Assembly: GCF_040938485.1 (NCBI RefSeq)
Contig: NW_027271660.1
Coordinates: 1,302,001 to 1,366,000 of the forward strand
Source: Diadema antillarum
Lineage: Eukaryota
Direction of reading: 5' to 3'
Length of the DNA stretch: 64,000 nt
Each line of letters opens with the position of its first letter. The stretch's first letter is position 1. The notes below the pieces were generated by a model. The model was not told the DNA's origin. It saw nothing but the letters and a program-made list of their open reading frames with translations, and did not search any database. Shown one piece after another: positions 26,319-37,700 of this stretch. Position numbers and translations under genes: made by a program.

Positions 26319-29300
26319 GATAGAGATAGATAGATAGGTAGATAAATGTATAAATGTATGCAAGAAATGTGCCAACTTTTAAACTTCCAGGTGGTGAAGA
26401 TATTATAGGCATGAGATGGTATTGATCCCCCTTTTAACTCCCCAAAATTCATGTGCAATGAGATAGACTTTGCTATAGCACTGCATGGTAGATTCATTCC
26501 CCTGCCCTGGCACATCATAAATGTCAATGGAAAGTGTAAGTGAATTACATTAACCACTACACATTTTTCCCATGGGATATCTGAATATATGTGAAAAGTG
26601 ATTTCATTATTTTATTGTAAATACAAATTGTATAACTTCAGTGTCAAATTTCCTATGATATATACATATATATATACACGTATATATATATATATATATA
26701 TCATTTCTTGATGGATTGATATACTAGTAGTAATGGTAAATGAACCATGTAATGTTTGAGAGAACACACCCATTCATGGTTTTCAAAACAAAAACAGAAA
26801 AGGAATTTGTAAGTGATTCTGCATGTACCTGTGTTTTGTTTGTGTGTATTGTTTTTTATTACCATCACTGGGTTTGTATGTGTGTGTGATAATTGAAAAC
26901 AAACAAACAAAATAATTCATATTGCACTTGTATCCCATTGAACACATAATTTCTGTCATTTGTTTTGCAGTGAGGAAATCTCTATATATCTGCATGTACC
27001 TGTGTTCTGTTTGTGTTTTCTTATTGCCATTGCTGGGTTTGTATGTGATAACTGAAAACAAATAAAATAATATATTGCACTTGCATCCCATTTGAGAAAT
27101 ATTTTCTGAGGTTTGTTTTGCAGTGAGGAAATAAAGAAATGTAGGTTGTTTTCATGTTCATTGGCAAGCCTGTGTAGGATGCTTTGTTTAGTGTGTGTGT
27201 GTCTTTAAGCCAGTGTTTAATGGAAATGACAAAGTGTGTACAATTCTTTCTATTATGTATCATCTTTAAAAGGTCACTGAACTATGCAGCTGGACGACCC
27301 AAAGTGTTGAACAAAGTTTGCACCATTGCTGTCGTGTCATCTGGAGGCCTAGCGTCCATTGGAACTCATGTATGTAGTACTGATTCCCCCCCCCCCCCCC
27401 TCGTTATATTCACCCACATCTCACAGTAGCACATGATTTTATTTGACAGACACCATGTATCTCCGTATCGGGTGCACCTGTCCAGGTATTTTAGCAATGC
27501 ATATTCTTCTCAATTTTCCTCTTTTTACCATACGATCATTTCAGTATAGCAAAAACAACCGTAATTATGCATTACATACATATACTTTCGTCACACACAC
27601 ACAAACGATGCAACATTCCATCTACAATTGTATAATGTGGTTGTGGTGACCTGTATTGTGTATTATAAATATGGGTGAACCATCTATCCTGTATAACATA
27701 CTTTAAATCACACATCTAAAACCTTAACCCATGGAGGATTTAACTATAGCTGATACTGCCGTGACTCTGAAAGAATCTACCATGTCAATAATGGTTGAGG
27801 CAATGATAGAATAAGGATGATAATGATGATTTATGTTCATACACCCTGTTCCTTTGCTTAGTTGAAATTTGCCATCCTTATGTGATAAGTTCTTTCACAA
27901 GTTTGTAATTCACTGGCACCACATACTTTTGATGCAGTTAAAAAAAAAACAATAAAAAAAAAACAACAATTAAAAAAAGACCTTAAAAGATAAAGAAATG
28001 AGTCTTCATAGCTAGCATCAGAAAGCATGCACATCTTGATGGGCAAGTTGTATTTCCCTTTTCTTCTCCCTTTTTCAGTCTCTCTTCTCTCTTCCCCTTC
28101 CTCCATACATATCTCACACTTAACTGCTAATAGGTGGTATGATAAATGTATAGTAGTATACATAATATGACATATATACTGTATGTGCCGAATATTTCGC
28201 GAGATATTTATTTTCGCGAATTTCGCGAATCGGGTGCTATTCACGAAATTAAAGACACACAAAAATATTGACTCTGACACCGATGTGAATGTTACATATA
28301 CGCATGTACATTTCTCCGTTCAGTACAGGACTCCACGCTCGTGAATTTAACCACTCGCGAAATCGTCGGGAATTCCCGATTCGCGCAAATTTAGACTCGC
28401 GAAATAATGGCGTATACAGTAGTAGACATTATGATAATAGCATAAGATGTCCTAATTTGTTCTTCCCTCAATCTGTTCTCCTCTGCCTATGGGGCTCCCT
28501 CGTGTGACAGACTGCAGCAACACGTGAGGGGAATGTCCACTCTGGGGCCACACCCCCCTGGCTACGGGAGAGCTCAGATCCTACGAGAGCTAGAGATGAG
28601 GAGGGCAAGCGGAGTGAAGTGGGTGGGATCATCGGGCCTACAGCTGAAGACTTCCAGAAAGATTGTAAGCCTTGATAATACTACATGCATGTATGTAGCT
28701 TTAATCCATGCCATAAAATTCTGAAAGGCGCTGATCCTTCCTCCCAGATCGCTGAAATCATGGGTGTACCTGTGACTGTGGTCACTTTAAAATGCATGTT
28801 TAATAGACTTGATACAGTTATGAAACTTGTTGACTATCACAATTTCTTGATGTAGAACCTTAGCTCATTCAATATGGGGGGGGGGGGGGGGGGGGAAATG
28901 TGTTGTACAATGTGCTGAGGTAAAAAAGAAAAAAAAAGAAAGATAAAAAAGGATGAATTCACTATAGAAAACAAGAGTTTACTACATGACAATTGGAAAA
29001 CAAAAATCATAAAGCATTTAAAAACATGTTTCTATCCCGATATGGCATTAAGTGCATTTTACAGATAAAGATTGATCAAGTTCACTGGATTATTTGTTTA
29101 TTTTGTTGTAATGAAGTCACTCTGTTACTGTCATGGTTTGCAGTGGAGCGGAGGAAAAAGCGCAAACTGAATCCAAACCGCGTTGGTGCCAACTTTGATC
29201 ATATGACTCCAACCAGTGAGGAATGGCTGCCTTCCTTTGGTCGTGTGTGGAATTCTGGGAGGCGCTGGCAATCAAGGTAGATATTGTTACACACCATGTA

Positions 29301-30199
29301 TGATCAGGAATCATACTCCTGTTGATCCTGTGAATGCAGCTTTTTTCATTGTTTCTTTTCTGTAATTTTCCTTTCTTATAGCATTCATCCCACTCCTCTG
29401 TATTCCCTGCAAATGTACCAGTACATTAAAGGGGCTTTGCAGTACTGGTTGAGGTGGGGATTCATGTTTTTTACATTCCAAAGTGAGATAATGAGAAACT
29501 TCTTATGAAATATGAAAGAGCATGTAATTTTAAGAAAGATTCAACGTTTATTTGATGAAAATTGGTTTTTAAATGGCTGAGATATCCAAAAAAGTGGTAA
29601 TAATAAAAGACTACAGGCCACGCCTTTTATTAGGATCTCTTTGTTTCACCTTGTTTTTGGATATCTCAGCCATTTCAAAACCGATTTTCATCAAATAAAC
29701 TTTCGATACCCCTTAGAATTGCATGCTCTTTGACATTTCATAAGTGGTTTCTGAATATCTCGCAAAACGTTAAAAGCTAAATCCTCACCTCGACCAGAAC
29801 TGTACACACCCGTTAATCCCAATATAATTATTATACTGCATGTGATATGTCCTCAGCCAGTGAATTAACAGTCAAATTTACTCAGATTGTAAAAAGGCCT
29901 TGGCAATACATGTATTCAGCTTACCAGAATTGCAGAACTGCAGTTGATTTTAATTGAATTCAATTGCATTACAATCTGAAAGTTTACACCTCAATCTCAA
30001 AGTAAAATCATTCTAGAAAAAGGTAATTATTAATCTTATGTGGTTATGTCATTAAGGAGCTGACAATTGTTGCAAGCTACAATTTGATTTCTGCTTTCTT
30101 TTCTTTCATTTGTACAGACATCAATTCAGGAAGGAAAGCATGAAAAAAGGCGAGCAAAGGAAAACCCCAGCACCACACTCACAGAGCAAACCTCCCTGA
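643..30199 (+). CDS. CENATAC: Centrosomal AT-AC splicing factor CENATAC (CCDC84), 8 coding exons, 359 aa: join(643..768,24229..24392,25152..25320,25981..26135,27273..27369,28511..28664,29144..29276,30118..30199)
   Basis: All introns are GT-AG and codon phases join (total 1080 nt). Exon 1 [28 protein letters not shown] and exons 2-3 YWCYLC...EHLCSESH give two C2H2-type fingers. [11 protein letters not shown] (exon 6) and [29 protein letters not shown] (exons 7-8) match the conserved CCDC84 C-terminal motifs as I recall them from the human protein. Confidence 0.93.
2689..3035 (+). pseudogene. Degenerate THAP zinc-finger (transposase N-terminus) with frameshift and a 51-bp tandem duplication of its start
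   Basis: MGCYC.AA.CC.H occurs twice (ATG at 2689 and 2740), followed by a stop at 2788-2790. In a shifted frame WVKF...[29 protein letters not shown] gives the THAP C2CH signature W...RLCSxH. Confidence 0.6.
3631..3849 (-). pseudogene. Truncated SAP-like domain ORF (72 aa), probable remnant of a transposon accessory gene
   Basis: [32 protein letters not shown] fits the SAP pattern (T-V-x-Q-L-R/K-x-x-L-x-x-R-G-x-x-x-x-G-x-K/R-x-x-L). The ORF ends in a double TGA. Confidence 0.55.
3997..4297. mobile_element. hAT-like non-autonomous element
   Basis: Imperfect 14-bp TIR CATAGATGCCAAGT / ACTTGGTAGCTCTG, flanked exactly by the direct repeat GACCAA (3991-3996, 4298-4303), with repeated subterminal GTGAGA motifs. 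Confidence 0.6.
4711..4865. mobile_element. Short MITE with CA(A/G)TGGCGGAT...ATC(T/C)GCCCTG ends (hAT-like)
   Basis: Ends CAATGGCGGATTCA and TGGATCTGCCCTG; internal GGGGGGCGCACC / GCGCCCCCC inverted motifs. Confidence 0.5.
5041..5170. repeat. Two-copy tandem duplication (~67 bp)
   Basis: AACCGGGT(G/A)CCTGA...TGGCATA...AATTCAATCTT(T/C)AACTCAAA occurs twice in tandem. Confidence 0.7.
5367..5926. mobile_element. TTAA-flanked fold-back MITE (Kolobok-like), copy 1
   Basis: TTAA at 5363-5366 and 5927-5930; TIR AGGACAAGTTCATCTTCAT / ATGAAGGTGGACTTGTCCT; arms remain complementary for about 200 bp. Confidence 0.8.
6720..7590. mobile_element. Probable DNA-transposon remnant beginning GGGTCAATCCACGTCAAATCA
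   Basis: TIR-like start and a non-coding interior of typical repeat style. The right end was not identified, so the boundary is approximate. Confidence 0.3.
9825..18127 (+). CDS. Uncharacterised 1415-aa protein nested in CENATAC intron 1: join(9825..9921,13977..18127); globular N-terminus, coiled coil, long disordered acidic/basic region, C-terminal Spindlin/Tudor-like domain
   Basis: The exon has acceptor TTTCCTTGCACAG| at 9714, ATG at 9825 ([32 protein letters not shown]) and a phase-1 donor A|GTAAGT at 9922. It joins in phase to acceptor TTTTGTCAG|GT at 13977, followed by a 4.15-kb uninterrupted ORF ending in TAG at 18127. Confidence 0.85.
10037..10437. mobile_element. TTAA-flanked fold-back MITE (Kolobok-like) with ~160-bp inverted arms
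   Basis: TTAA at 10033-10036 and 10438-10441; AGATAGTATAAAGTTTTGGTACCTCAAAAG... is complementary to ...CTTTTGAGGTACTAAAACTTTATATTATCT. Confidence 0.8.
10651..10790 (+). mobile_element. Mini piggyBac-like MITE (family of 56053-56137) with an internal inverted duplication
   Basis: TTAACCCAT...TGATTTTGC...CCTGCCCAAGCATACTCAGGACTAGTCTTCAACAGGTTTAA is colinear with the 56053 copy. Confidence 0.65.
11065..11868 (+). mobile_element. TTAA-flanked MITE (family of 29430-29812) interrupted by nested insertions
   Basis: TTAA at 11061-11064 and 11869-11872. Both ends and 11555-11868 match 29430-29812; about 11113-11553 is extra sequence. Confidence 0.75.
11319..11509. mobile_element. Small inverted-repeat element with TAGTCTGG...CCAGAC(A)A ends, nested in the 11065 MITE
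   Basis: TAGTCTGGCTTCCAAACCCTCTGCC is near-complementary to GGCAAAGGGTCTGAAAACCAGACAA. Confidence 0.55.
12160..12575 (-). mobile_element. Inverted, more diverged copy of the 29430-type MITE
   Basis: GTACAGTTCTGACTGAGGTGAGGATTTAGCTTTT...GAATCCCCACCTGAACC is the reverse complement of the 11065/29430 copies. Confidence 0.7.
12730..12992. mobile_element. Short inverted-repeat element between (GT)n tracts
   Basis: TGGAAAACGAGGAC / GTCCTCGGTTTCCA ends with internal GTCCTC repeats; flanked by GTGTGT runs at 12703 and 13009. Confidence 0.4.
17880..18124 (+). other. Spin/Ssty (Spindlin)-like Tudor domain at the C-terminus of the nested protein
   Basis: IIGKQVRH...KWYKGKVL...IFAVKYEEY...[13 protein letters not shown] follows the (L/I)VGKRI-H...W-G-VL...F-VKYD...L...GDL-I pattern of Spindlin-like repeats. 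Recognised by eye only. Confidence 0.55.
18885..19446. mobile_element. Diverged copy 2 of the 5367-5926 fold-back MITE
   Basis: AAGGACAAATTCACCTT...GAGTGAATGCAGCAATAT...GTGAACTTTTCCTT is colinear with copy 1. Confidence 0.7.
20735..20818 (-). mobile_element. Inverted copy of the mini piggyBac-like MITE
   Basis: GAGTCCTGAATATACTCAGGCAGGTGTCTA...GCAAAAATCAG...CAACGGGTTAA is the reverse complement of the 56053 copy. Confidence 0.6.
22248..22289. repeat. (CT)n microsatellite
   Basis: Directly visible, about 20 units. Confidence 0.95.
23186..23606. mobile_element. TTAA-flanked CpG-rich MITE (Kolobok-like)
   Basis: TTAA|AGGGGCATAGTCCCGGT ... ACCGGGACCATGCACTT|TTAA. Confidence 0.7.
23785..23833. 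repeat. (GT)n microsatellite
   Basis: Directly visible. Confidence 0.95.
26262..26345. repeat. (GATA)n microsatellite
   Basis: Directly visible, about 20 units with interruptions. Confidence 0.95.
26820..27131. repeat. Two-copy tandem duplication (~170/140 bp)
   Basis: TGCATGTACCTGTG...CTGGGTTTGTATGTG...ATATTGCACTTG...TTTGTTTTGCAGTGAGGAAAT occurs twice. Confidence 0.8.
28177..28421. mobile_element. TACTGTA...TACAGTA MITE rich in TCGCGA motifs
   Basis: Complementary ends TACTGTATGTGCC / GGCGTATACAGTA; internal TTCGCGAA repeats. Confidence 0.65.
29430..29812 (+). mobile_element. TTAA-flanked MITE (Kolobok-like), intact copy
   Basis: TTAA at 29426-29429 and 29813-29816; imperfect TIR AGGGGCTTTGCAGTACTGGTTGAGGTG / CACCTCGACCAGAACTGTACACACCCG; internal inverted block AAATGGCTGAGATATCCAAAAA. 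Confidence 0.8.
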
Positions 30200-30236
30200 G
30201 CTCCTGCTTTGGCCCTGATGTGTCAGTTACAAACCT

Positions 30237-30816
30237 AATGGAGTCAAAAGGGGCCTCAGCTTTCATTCCTAGCAGAATCTTTGTCACAGGCAAAATGATA
30301 AATAGGCAGTGAAAGCAATCACATATAAGAACTACACACAACAAGCACAGTCAAGGGAGGGCTAGGGACATGAAACAAAGAAAACAAAAGGGAAGGGTTG
30401 GAGGTCATGGACAAGGAGCCCAACATGTAAGGAAGGAGGATTACAGTGGGAGGGTGGACAGACAAAAGGCAAGGCAGGTGAGTGATGATCCCAATTAAGG
30501 ATCATACAGGGCAACCTCCCTCCCTACTTATCCTAAACTTTCACAGGTTGTTCCCTATGATCCTTGGGATCATCACTCACCCATCTTGCCTTTTGTCTGT
30601 CCACCTTCCTACTTTAATCCCCCTCCTTACTTGTTGTGCTCCTTGCCCATGACACCCATCCCTTTTGTTTTCTTTGTTTTATGTCCCTAGCCCTCCCTTG
30701 ACTGTGCTTGTTGTGTGTAGTCCTTATATGTGATAACTGCTTTCCCTGCCTGCTTGTCATTGCCTCTGACAAAGATTCTGCTATGATCAAAAGCTCAGGC
30801 CCCTTTTGACTCCATT
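30237..30816. repeat. Long imperfect inverted repeat (~280-bp arms, ~27-nt loop) in the presumed CENATAC 3' UTR
   Basis: 30237-30517 is the reverse complement of 30545-30816 over most positions (e.g. AATGGAGTCAAAAGGGG / CCCCTTTTGACTCCATT). Confidence 0.9.
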
Positions 30817-32639
30817 TGGCCCGCCGGTACATGATAAAAACAGTTTTCAGAACTTGTTTTTTTCTACATTTAGTTACAAGCCTAGGGGCATTCTGGTAGT
30901 TTACGTAGGATCTAATGTGGAAAAAAAAAATTTAGTATACTGTGTACATTTATCTATAAAGGGCAACAAAACAACTTCCATTCATTATATTTCTCAACGA
31001 GGAAATACCCAAACGTACATGTGATGGAAATTAACTCCACTATACATGTAGGCCTACGTACTGTGTAATTGACAGAGGTGCAAAAAAAATCTGGTGAGAA
31101 GAATGTACAAATTCTATTGTTCACTTGTAGAGTGTACGCTTTTTATCGTCCATGTACTACCTACAGTTGACTGAAGGGCTTTCGTTTGAGTTTTAAACTG
31201 GTTTTTAAGTACATTTTTATGTGTATAACTTTGTTACATGACAGCTAGGTCTAGAGGTTTCCATCACTATGCATTTGAAACCTTGGTCTACTTTTGAAAT
31301 ACATGTATCTGCTCGTTTTGTGGGCACACAGTTATCTAAGATTGCTTTTTGTTTAAAACAGCTCACATGATATATAATATTATTCAAATTCTAGAATGTA
31401 TCTGTTATTGACAATGATAGACAAATAAAGGATTAACATTTCTTCTGTTGGTTCCCAAACAATATTCACAGTCTAAATTAAAAGACAAAATAGTGATAAA
31501 ATACACACCATTCCAACTCTTTTGCTTTTGAGTGTTTATATTTATTTTGAGTAACATAACAATTTCAAATGCATCCAGCAAAAACAGCAATGAACATTGA
31601 GGAAAGCCAGATTTACATACATTGTACATGTGTACTATAATTTAGAATAGGGGTATACAAGTACCAAAAATAGAATGAAAATCCACATCACTCTGCTGTA
31701 TCTTCTGTACACTTTACATAGCCATATATTATGTACATGGACGGTTATCTACAAGATGTTTTGTACAAAAACATTAAATCTATGAAATAGAGATGAATAC
31801 GCTTGAGGAATGTGCATGTTGTAGGCGTGACAAAACTTTCAAGGAATGTGTGAATACTAATCATGGCAAACATTAGGCAGACTGACAATTAGACAATCAA
31901 AGATTATTTTCAAATGGTCAACATTACAGAGGATATCTGAAAAGCCATTCTCTCTGAATGTCTTTTTTCTATTAGGCAGTTTCATGTTCAATATTGCAAG
32001 GTACAGCATACTTTCACAGTAATTTACAAATGATTGCCTTAAACTGCATATGAAGCAAGGGCACAGTTGAACAATTCCTAGAGTAAACCTGAAAGTATTG
32101 TTTGATGTGACCATCACTTACATCTTATGTCTTCAGGGGGTTTATGCTACTTTCACACCTTTTTTTATACTCTCCACAATACTCCAAACCAAAATGTTCC
32201 ATAAATGCAAAGAAAGTGCTGTTGATGTTGATATTTTACAAGAAATAAAGACTTATTTCAGAAAACATCAGGATGGATGAGAGAAATGTCTTTACAGCAA
32301 CATTCCTAATGCTCATTGTATGAAGTATTTCTGTATGTTTTCCTTATACGGTTGTGTGCATGGAAAGTTGGTTCTACATGTCCAGAGTTCATTACTTCCA
32401 TGCTTGTTACACAACTCTTTAATTGCCTCTATTTTGGTACACAACATATTTAAATACTGTATCCACCACATATTTAGCAAGTCTAATTTTTTTTTTTGTG
32501 AATTGAGACTTCCAGACAATTTTGCAAGTGGCTTACTGCAGTAATTCGCTATCCCAGAGTACAACAATGAATGGAAAAATGTATGGATTATGTGCATGTT
32601 AAATTCATGTCGTATTTTCATGTTTGCCAATTAAGTACT

Positions 32640-33445
32640 CTTCGTTTAATTGCATACTCCGCTTAATCGACTCACAAACGGAAAATCAGTTCCTGATGCA
32701 TGTTATATTTACAGGATAGTTGGGTAGGCATTCTGGATAAACCAGTGGGAAATTTCCAGATTAACCTAAATCTATTTTCATAGTTTCCCACAGAAAGCCT
32801 TTAGAATTTGTGTAAATACATGTATAAATTTTAAAGAAATTGCGAGGTGCTCAAAGTTGACAGAAAGCTTGGTTGACTTTATAACGTATTAAATGTGCAG
32901 TGTATGATCAATTCGCCATGTCACTGGTACAAATGGACACATTATGTCATGTATGAAGCACATCAGTACCACACACACACAGTGACACACTAATTACTAT
33001 AATAGGGCCTAACAGCTATGGCTTGCTCTCAAGAAAAACTAAGAATTTAAAACTCCATTGAGACTCTAACCTTTCTTCAGACCTTTAATTGAAAGCAAAT
33101 TTGCAGTCGCCATGAAACACACACGGATGGAGCAGAATTGGTCGCAGCATTCGGCTGCATATGCATATATGAATCTCGTTTCAGACGACAAATAATTAGA
33201 AGTATGCATGTTGCTTGATGAGGACTCGGGGCTGTATGCACATTGTTTGCAAAATTACGTTGCAGACACTAAGACTGTTGTGTGACTTTAGATGAACAGT
33301 GGTCGTAAGTGACATACCGTGCTGTGTGTCTGATGCAGAGAGGTGTATGATTAGTATATGGTATCTGTGTTGTGAATGAATAAAACATGCTTTCAGGTTA
33401 ACCCAGTACTGAATGTTCTGCCAGACACTACCCGATTAAGCAGAG
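32640..33445. mobile_element. Decayed Tc1/mariner-like element
   Basis: CTCCGCTTAATCG (~32657) is complementary to CGATTAAGCAGAG (~33433). Boundaries are approximate. Confidence 0.3.
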
Positions 33446-33685
33446 ACTTCTGTAGCACCCGACTCCAAAAATTCATGAAAAGAAAAACCCCGATAAAAAT
33501 ATGGTGTTTACAGTAGATTACTCACATGTTCTCTCAGAATTATCATATCATATTATCTGGTTTGATCAAATATGTGAGCAAGCAATGACCCTATAAAGAA
33601 AAAGAATTGAACAAACTGGCAACTCAGTATAAACTGTATAAACTTCTTGAACTAATCACATCATCATCATCCCCCAGTTGGAGTG

Positions 33686-34098
33686 TACTGTAAAAGTGGT
33701 TTCTTTCGTGTACAGATACTTTTGCAGTTTCCATCTTTTTCGCCAACTTTTTCGCGTGTGTTTAAATTCGTGGTCGGCAAAACTGTTTTATTTTGCACAT
33801 GAAAACCCAATCTATAATCAAATAATTGTTTTTATTTATTAAATAAAAATCAAAATTAAATGCAGGCTTACCTAAAATCTCGTCTCTCGAGTACTTTATA
33901 ACATGCTTGTACCTACATTGTGCAGTATCACTGTGTGTGTGTTGATCATCAATACACTCAATGTGCGGAATCTTTGTGTGTGCATGTGCGCAATAGCACT
34001 GTAACAAGCGGCGAGCTCAAAACATTTTCGCGTGATGTTAAATTCCCGGTACAACCTCAATGCGCGAAAATAAAACCACCGCGAAAGAGACCACTTTT
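33686..34098. mobile_element. TACTGTAAAAGTGGTTTC MITE (family of 46282-46495) with a ~210-bp internal insertion
   Basis: Both ends are colinear with 46282-46495; about 33781-33990 is extra. Confidence 0.6.
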
Positions 34099-34738
34099 AG
34101 GGCAAAATGAATACCATAAAGACACATGCATAAAACTTACTTACACAAAAAATTTGCATGAATTAATGGTCGAAATGCAAGTGTAAATCTATATTCCACT
34201 TTTTAAACTAATGATAACCTTTTTTTAACAGCACTCTACATCAAACTCTATAAACCCTGTGAAGTAAAAACTTTGTCAAAGATATTGATGATACATTGTG
34301 ATCATATCTGAAAAAAAGAAATGCAAAAATGATCAGCCATCAAATGGCGTGAAAAACCCTGACAAAATTGGAATACATGCACGTTGTACACAGAATTTTC
34401 ACATATTCATAAGTTCCTTGAGGTTATGGTATAGCCAGTCCCTTTTGTTTGTGCATATAAGACTTCTTGCATTGAAAGTGATCAATTCAAAATTCAAAGG
34501 AAGAAAAAAAAAAAAGGAATAAAAGTTGGTAACAGTGACTAGTATTCATATTTCAGGGAAAATGTTCAGAAGAAAGTTAACAACTGATTTAAAATTATGT
34601 ATTAAAGAAGAAAGAAAGAAAAAAACAGAACAAGAAATTGTGTGTTCAGATGTAGTAAACAGACAGTAAATGCCGATGGGGAAACTTCAATATACTTGTT
34701 ACATGACCAGATGATGCATGGAACCATCAGGTGACCAA

Positions 34739-37700
34739 TCACCTGACCTCTCTAATCCTGATCTGATTATCGGCATCTAGTTCCAGCCTGGTCTGGGAAG
34801 GCTTCTGGCGATCTGATGGGAAGTTAGCATGAACTCCAGAAGAGAGATTGGCTGAGCGGGAAGACTGGCTCTTACTGTCACTGGTCAGACTCAGGGAGGG
34901 AGCTGTGGAGCATGGACATTGGTCAATGTAATGGTCAGTCATGTGTCATGGGCAACAAACTTTAGCAAGTTCCATGCTCGTGGCATTACGCAATGTGATG
35001 CCATGTCCACAACATGTGGGGGAGTCCCATTACAGCGAGGTCAGATGCAACAAAAAAATGCTTTAACAAGATAAATCACAGGATCATTACCAACATTTTT
35101 GTTTCTATTGCATTATAATTCCAGGGAACGAACAAAGGACAAAGATTTCTTTTTTTTTTAAAATAAGAATTTATATGGCTACGAGAAGGAAGAAGTTTGT
35201 CCTGAACAACACAGTGGGCAAAAAAATGTGTCATGTTAAAACCCTCAAACTACTGTTAAATAACCACTGTTACTTGTCTGTGATATGGTTTTACTTTCCT
35301 GTTGGATTCCTTGTTTACAAGGGAATCCAATTATGATATCTATAATTGTGATCCATATTATAATATCTATTCCTCTATGATAATGCTGGATATGGTATGA
35401 GCCACCTTCAATGAGGTAAGCCCTTAGGCACAAAATTCCTTCACATGTTAATCTTACAGCAATTGTTATTATCACAAGGTAATTTCAGATCCTCCTTTTT
35501 AATTGACTATTACAAGTCCAGTACTACAAGTTCACGACAGGAGTAGTGAACTTGGACCATCATGGGCTAATTTTGGGTTGGCTTTAAAATTGCAATAGAT
35601 GGCTTGCTCCCAGGCATGCTACCTTTTAGACTTGAAGGATCCATGACACTGGTGGGGTCCTGGTCTGCTCCATTGATCAAGCCTGTCATTCGATGTCTCT
35701 TCAGCCAGTCATTCAGCTCCATCAGCTTGCTCTGGGTGGAGGAACCTTGGTTGGTTGCCATGGGAACACCACCTAGGCTAGATGAACCAGAATCTCTGAA
35801 TGCTTGCAGCTGGTCTCTGGCAGAGGGTGGCAAAGGTCATGAACCAACACAGAATGGAGCATTAATCACTTGTCAACATCATGACATATGCATCAATTTA
35901 GAAAAAAAAAAAAAAAAAATGAAGTTTTCATGCAGTCTTATTTCTACCTAAAAATGTACATGATATCTTATCATAAATTCAAAGTCACCAGAGAACTAGT
36001 TGTTCAGGGATTTTATTTGGGTCTTCTTTTTTTTTTCTTTTTCTTTTTTGGTGGGTCCTACATGGAATCATACAGAACTGGGGTTGTGTTTGAAGATGAG
36101 TTCTTATGAATCAACACAGAAGATGCTGGAGATTCTCATTGTTGAGCCAACCATTTCATCCTACACTACATCATCACACCTGCACATTTTAAAGTGACAA
36201 GAATGAGCATTCCAAATAAACCACAAATTGAAAAGAATTGTATTAATTGAAATTTGTAAAGAATTCAAAAAGAATTGTAAGAAATGAATTTGTAATCCTA
36301 CCTTGCAGAGACGTAACCACCAAAACTGGGCTGCTCCTGTCCCCCAGTAACTGGGAAGCCAGGGTTGACACTGGACCCCCTTGATCGCTGGTCTACACGG
36401 TAAAAAACAAACAAACAAGCAAACAAATGATAACAATGTTTTGAACACTGATCCATCTCTATAACTGGTATTCAGAACACTTGTATTTCAAGAAAACCAT
36501 GAATGATTTAAAAAGGAAAACAAAATGTTCTCTTTTGACATGGTGAACACAGATATATTCAGACATGACTGGTATTCAACAGAACAGCTAAATATGATTT
36601 ACTGTTTTCACTATTTCAAGTGTAAGTCTATCAAGGTTTCTGTTCTTACCTCCAAAGTATCTCCTCCATTTCCGACTCATGGCCTGCTCTGCAGACTCCG
36701 CCCCGTAGCCTGGATTGACCAGATCAAATGCACCTCCTCCTCCTGTCCACGGCCTAGAGGGTGTGTTGCCCTGCCTAGAGACTGCTGCATATTCATAAGG
36801 TGCTGGGTGGGGCCTGACATCTCCATAGTGAGCACTCCTCACATTGGGCACTGAGTATGTCTGAGGGGGAGGAGCTTGTGGGTAGGGGTGATTTGAATAT
36901 TTGTGAGGAGGAGCTGAGTAAGGGATGTGAGATCTGTGTGTTGTCTCTTGTGGTGGCGCTTGATACGCGTGGCCATTTTGGATGTGTGATGGTGCTGGGG
37001 GTGACTGTGAATAGGGGCCTTGGAGGGGGGCTGTCAAACCAAAACAAGATAGATGGAGACACTGTTGGAGCATCTTTACACAAAATTCCATTTCTGTGCA
37101 CAAATTTATCTCACTACATAAGAGTAGAGTGAATGTACCAAAAGATCACAAAATCAATGTCCACAATTGAAAATGTATAGGTTGTCCTCTTGCCATAAAA
37201 GAGGGTAAAATCTCCTAGATGAAATGATTCCCTGCGAGTTCTGGGGCCCGTTTCATAAAACTTATCATCAGTGACAAGTCGTCATAGATGTGACAAGCTA
37301 CTGAAATCCTTGCATCTGATTGGCTGAGAGCAAATTTGTCATAGAAATGTGGCAGTTGTCACTGATGACAAGTTTTATGAAACGGGCCCGAGGTGTTCAA
37401 ATGAGGAAAGAAGCTAGCTGAAAAGTTTTTTTAACCTTAGAAAATCATATCAATAGTCTCTGTAGAGTCTCCTCTATTCCATCACAATCATGAACACAAA
37501 AGAGTGAACTAAAGAACTTGTCACAACATCCTACACAAGGCTAACAGGCTCTCATGAACAGGCTCATGAACAGGCTCCTGTCGTTTGTAGCTGGGTACTT
37601 AATGACTCTGGGGGGTGTTTCATAAAGCTGTTCGTAAAGTTACCATTGACTTATGAGCAACTGGTGATCAGTTCTTGCGTGCTGAATTATGGAAATTATG

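Noticed and set aside
36650-37030. PPxY WW-ligand motifs in the Pro/Tyr/His-rich CEP164 exon (intramolecular WW binding idea)
   Set aside because: No true PPxY or LPxY is present; the region is simply low-complexity.
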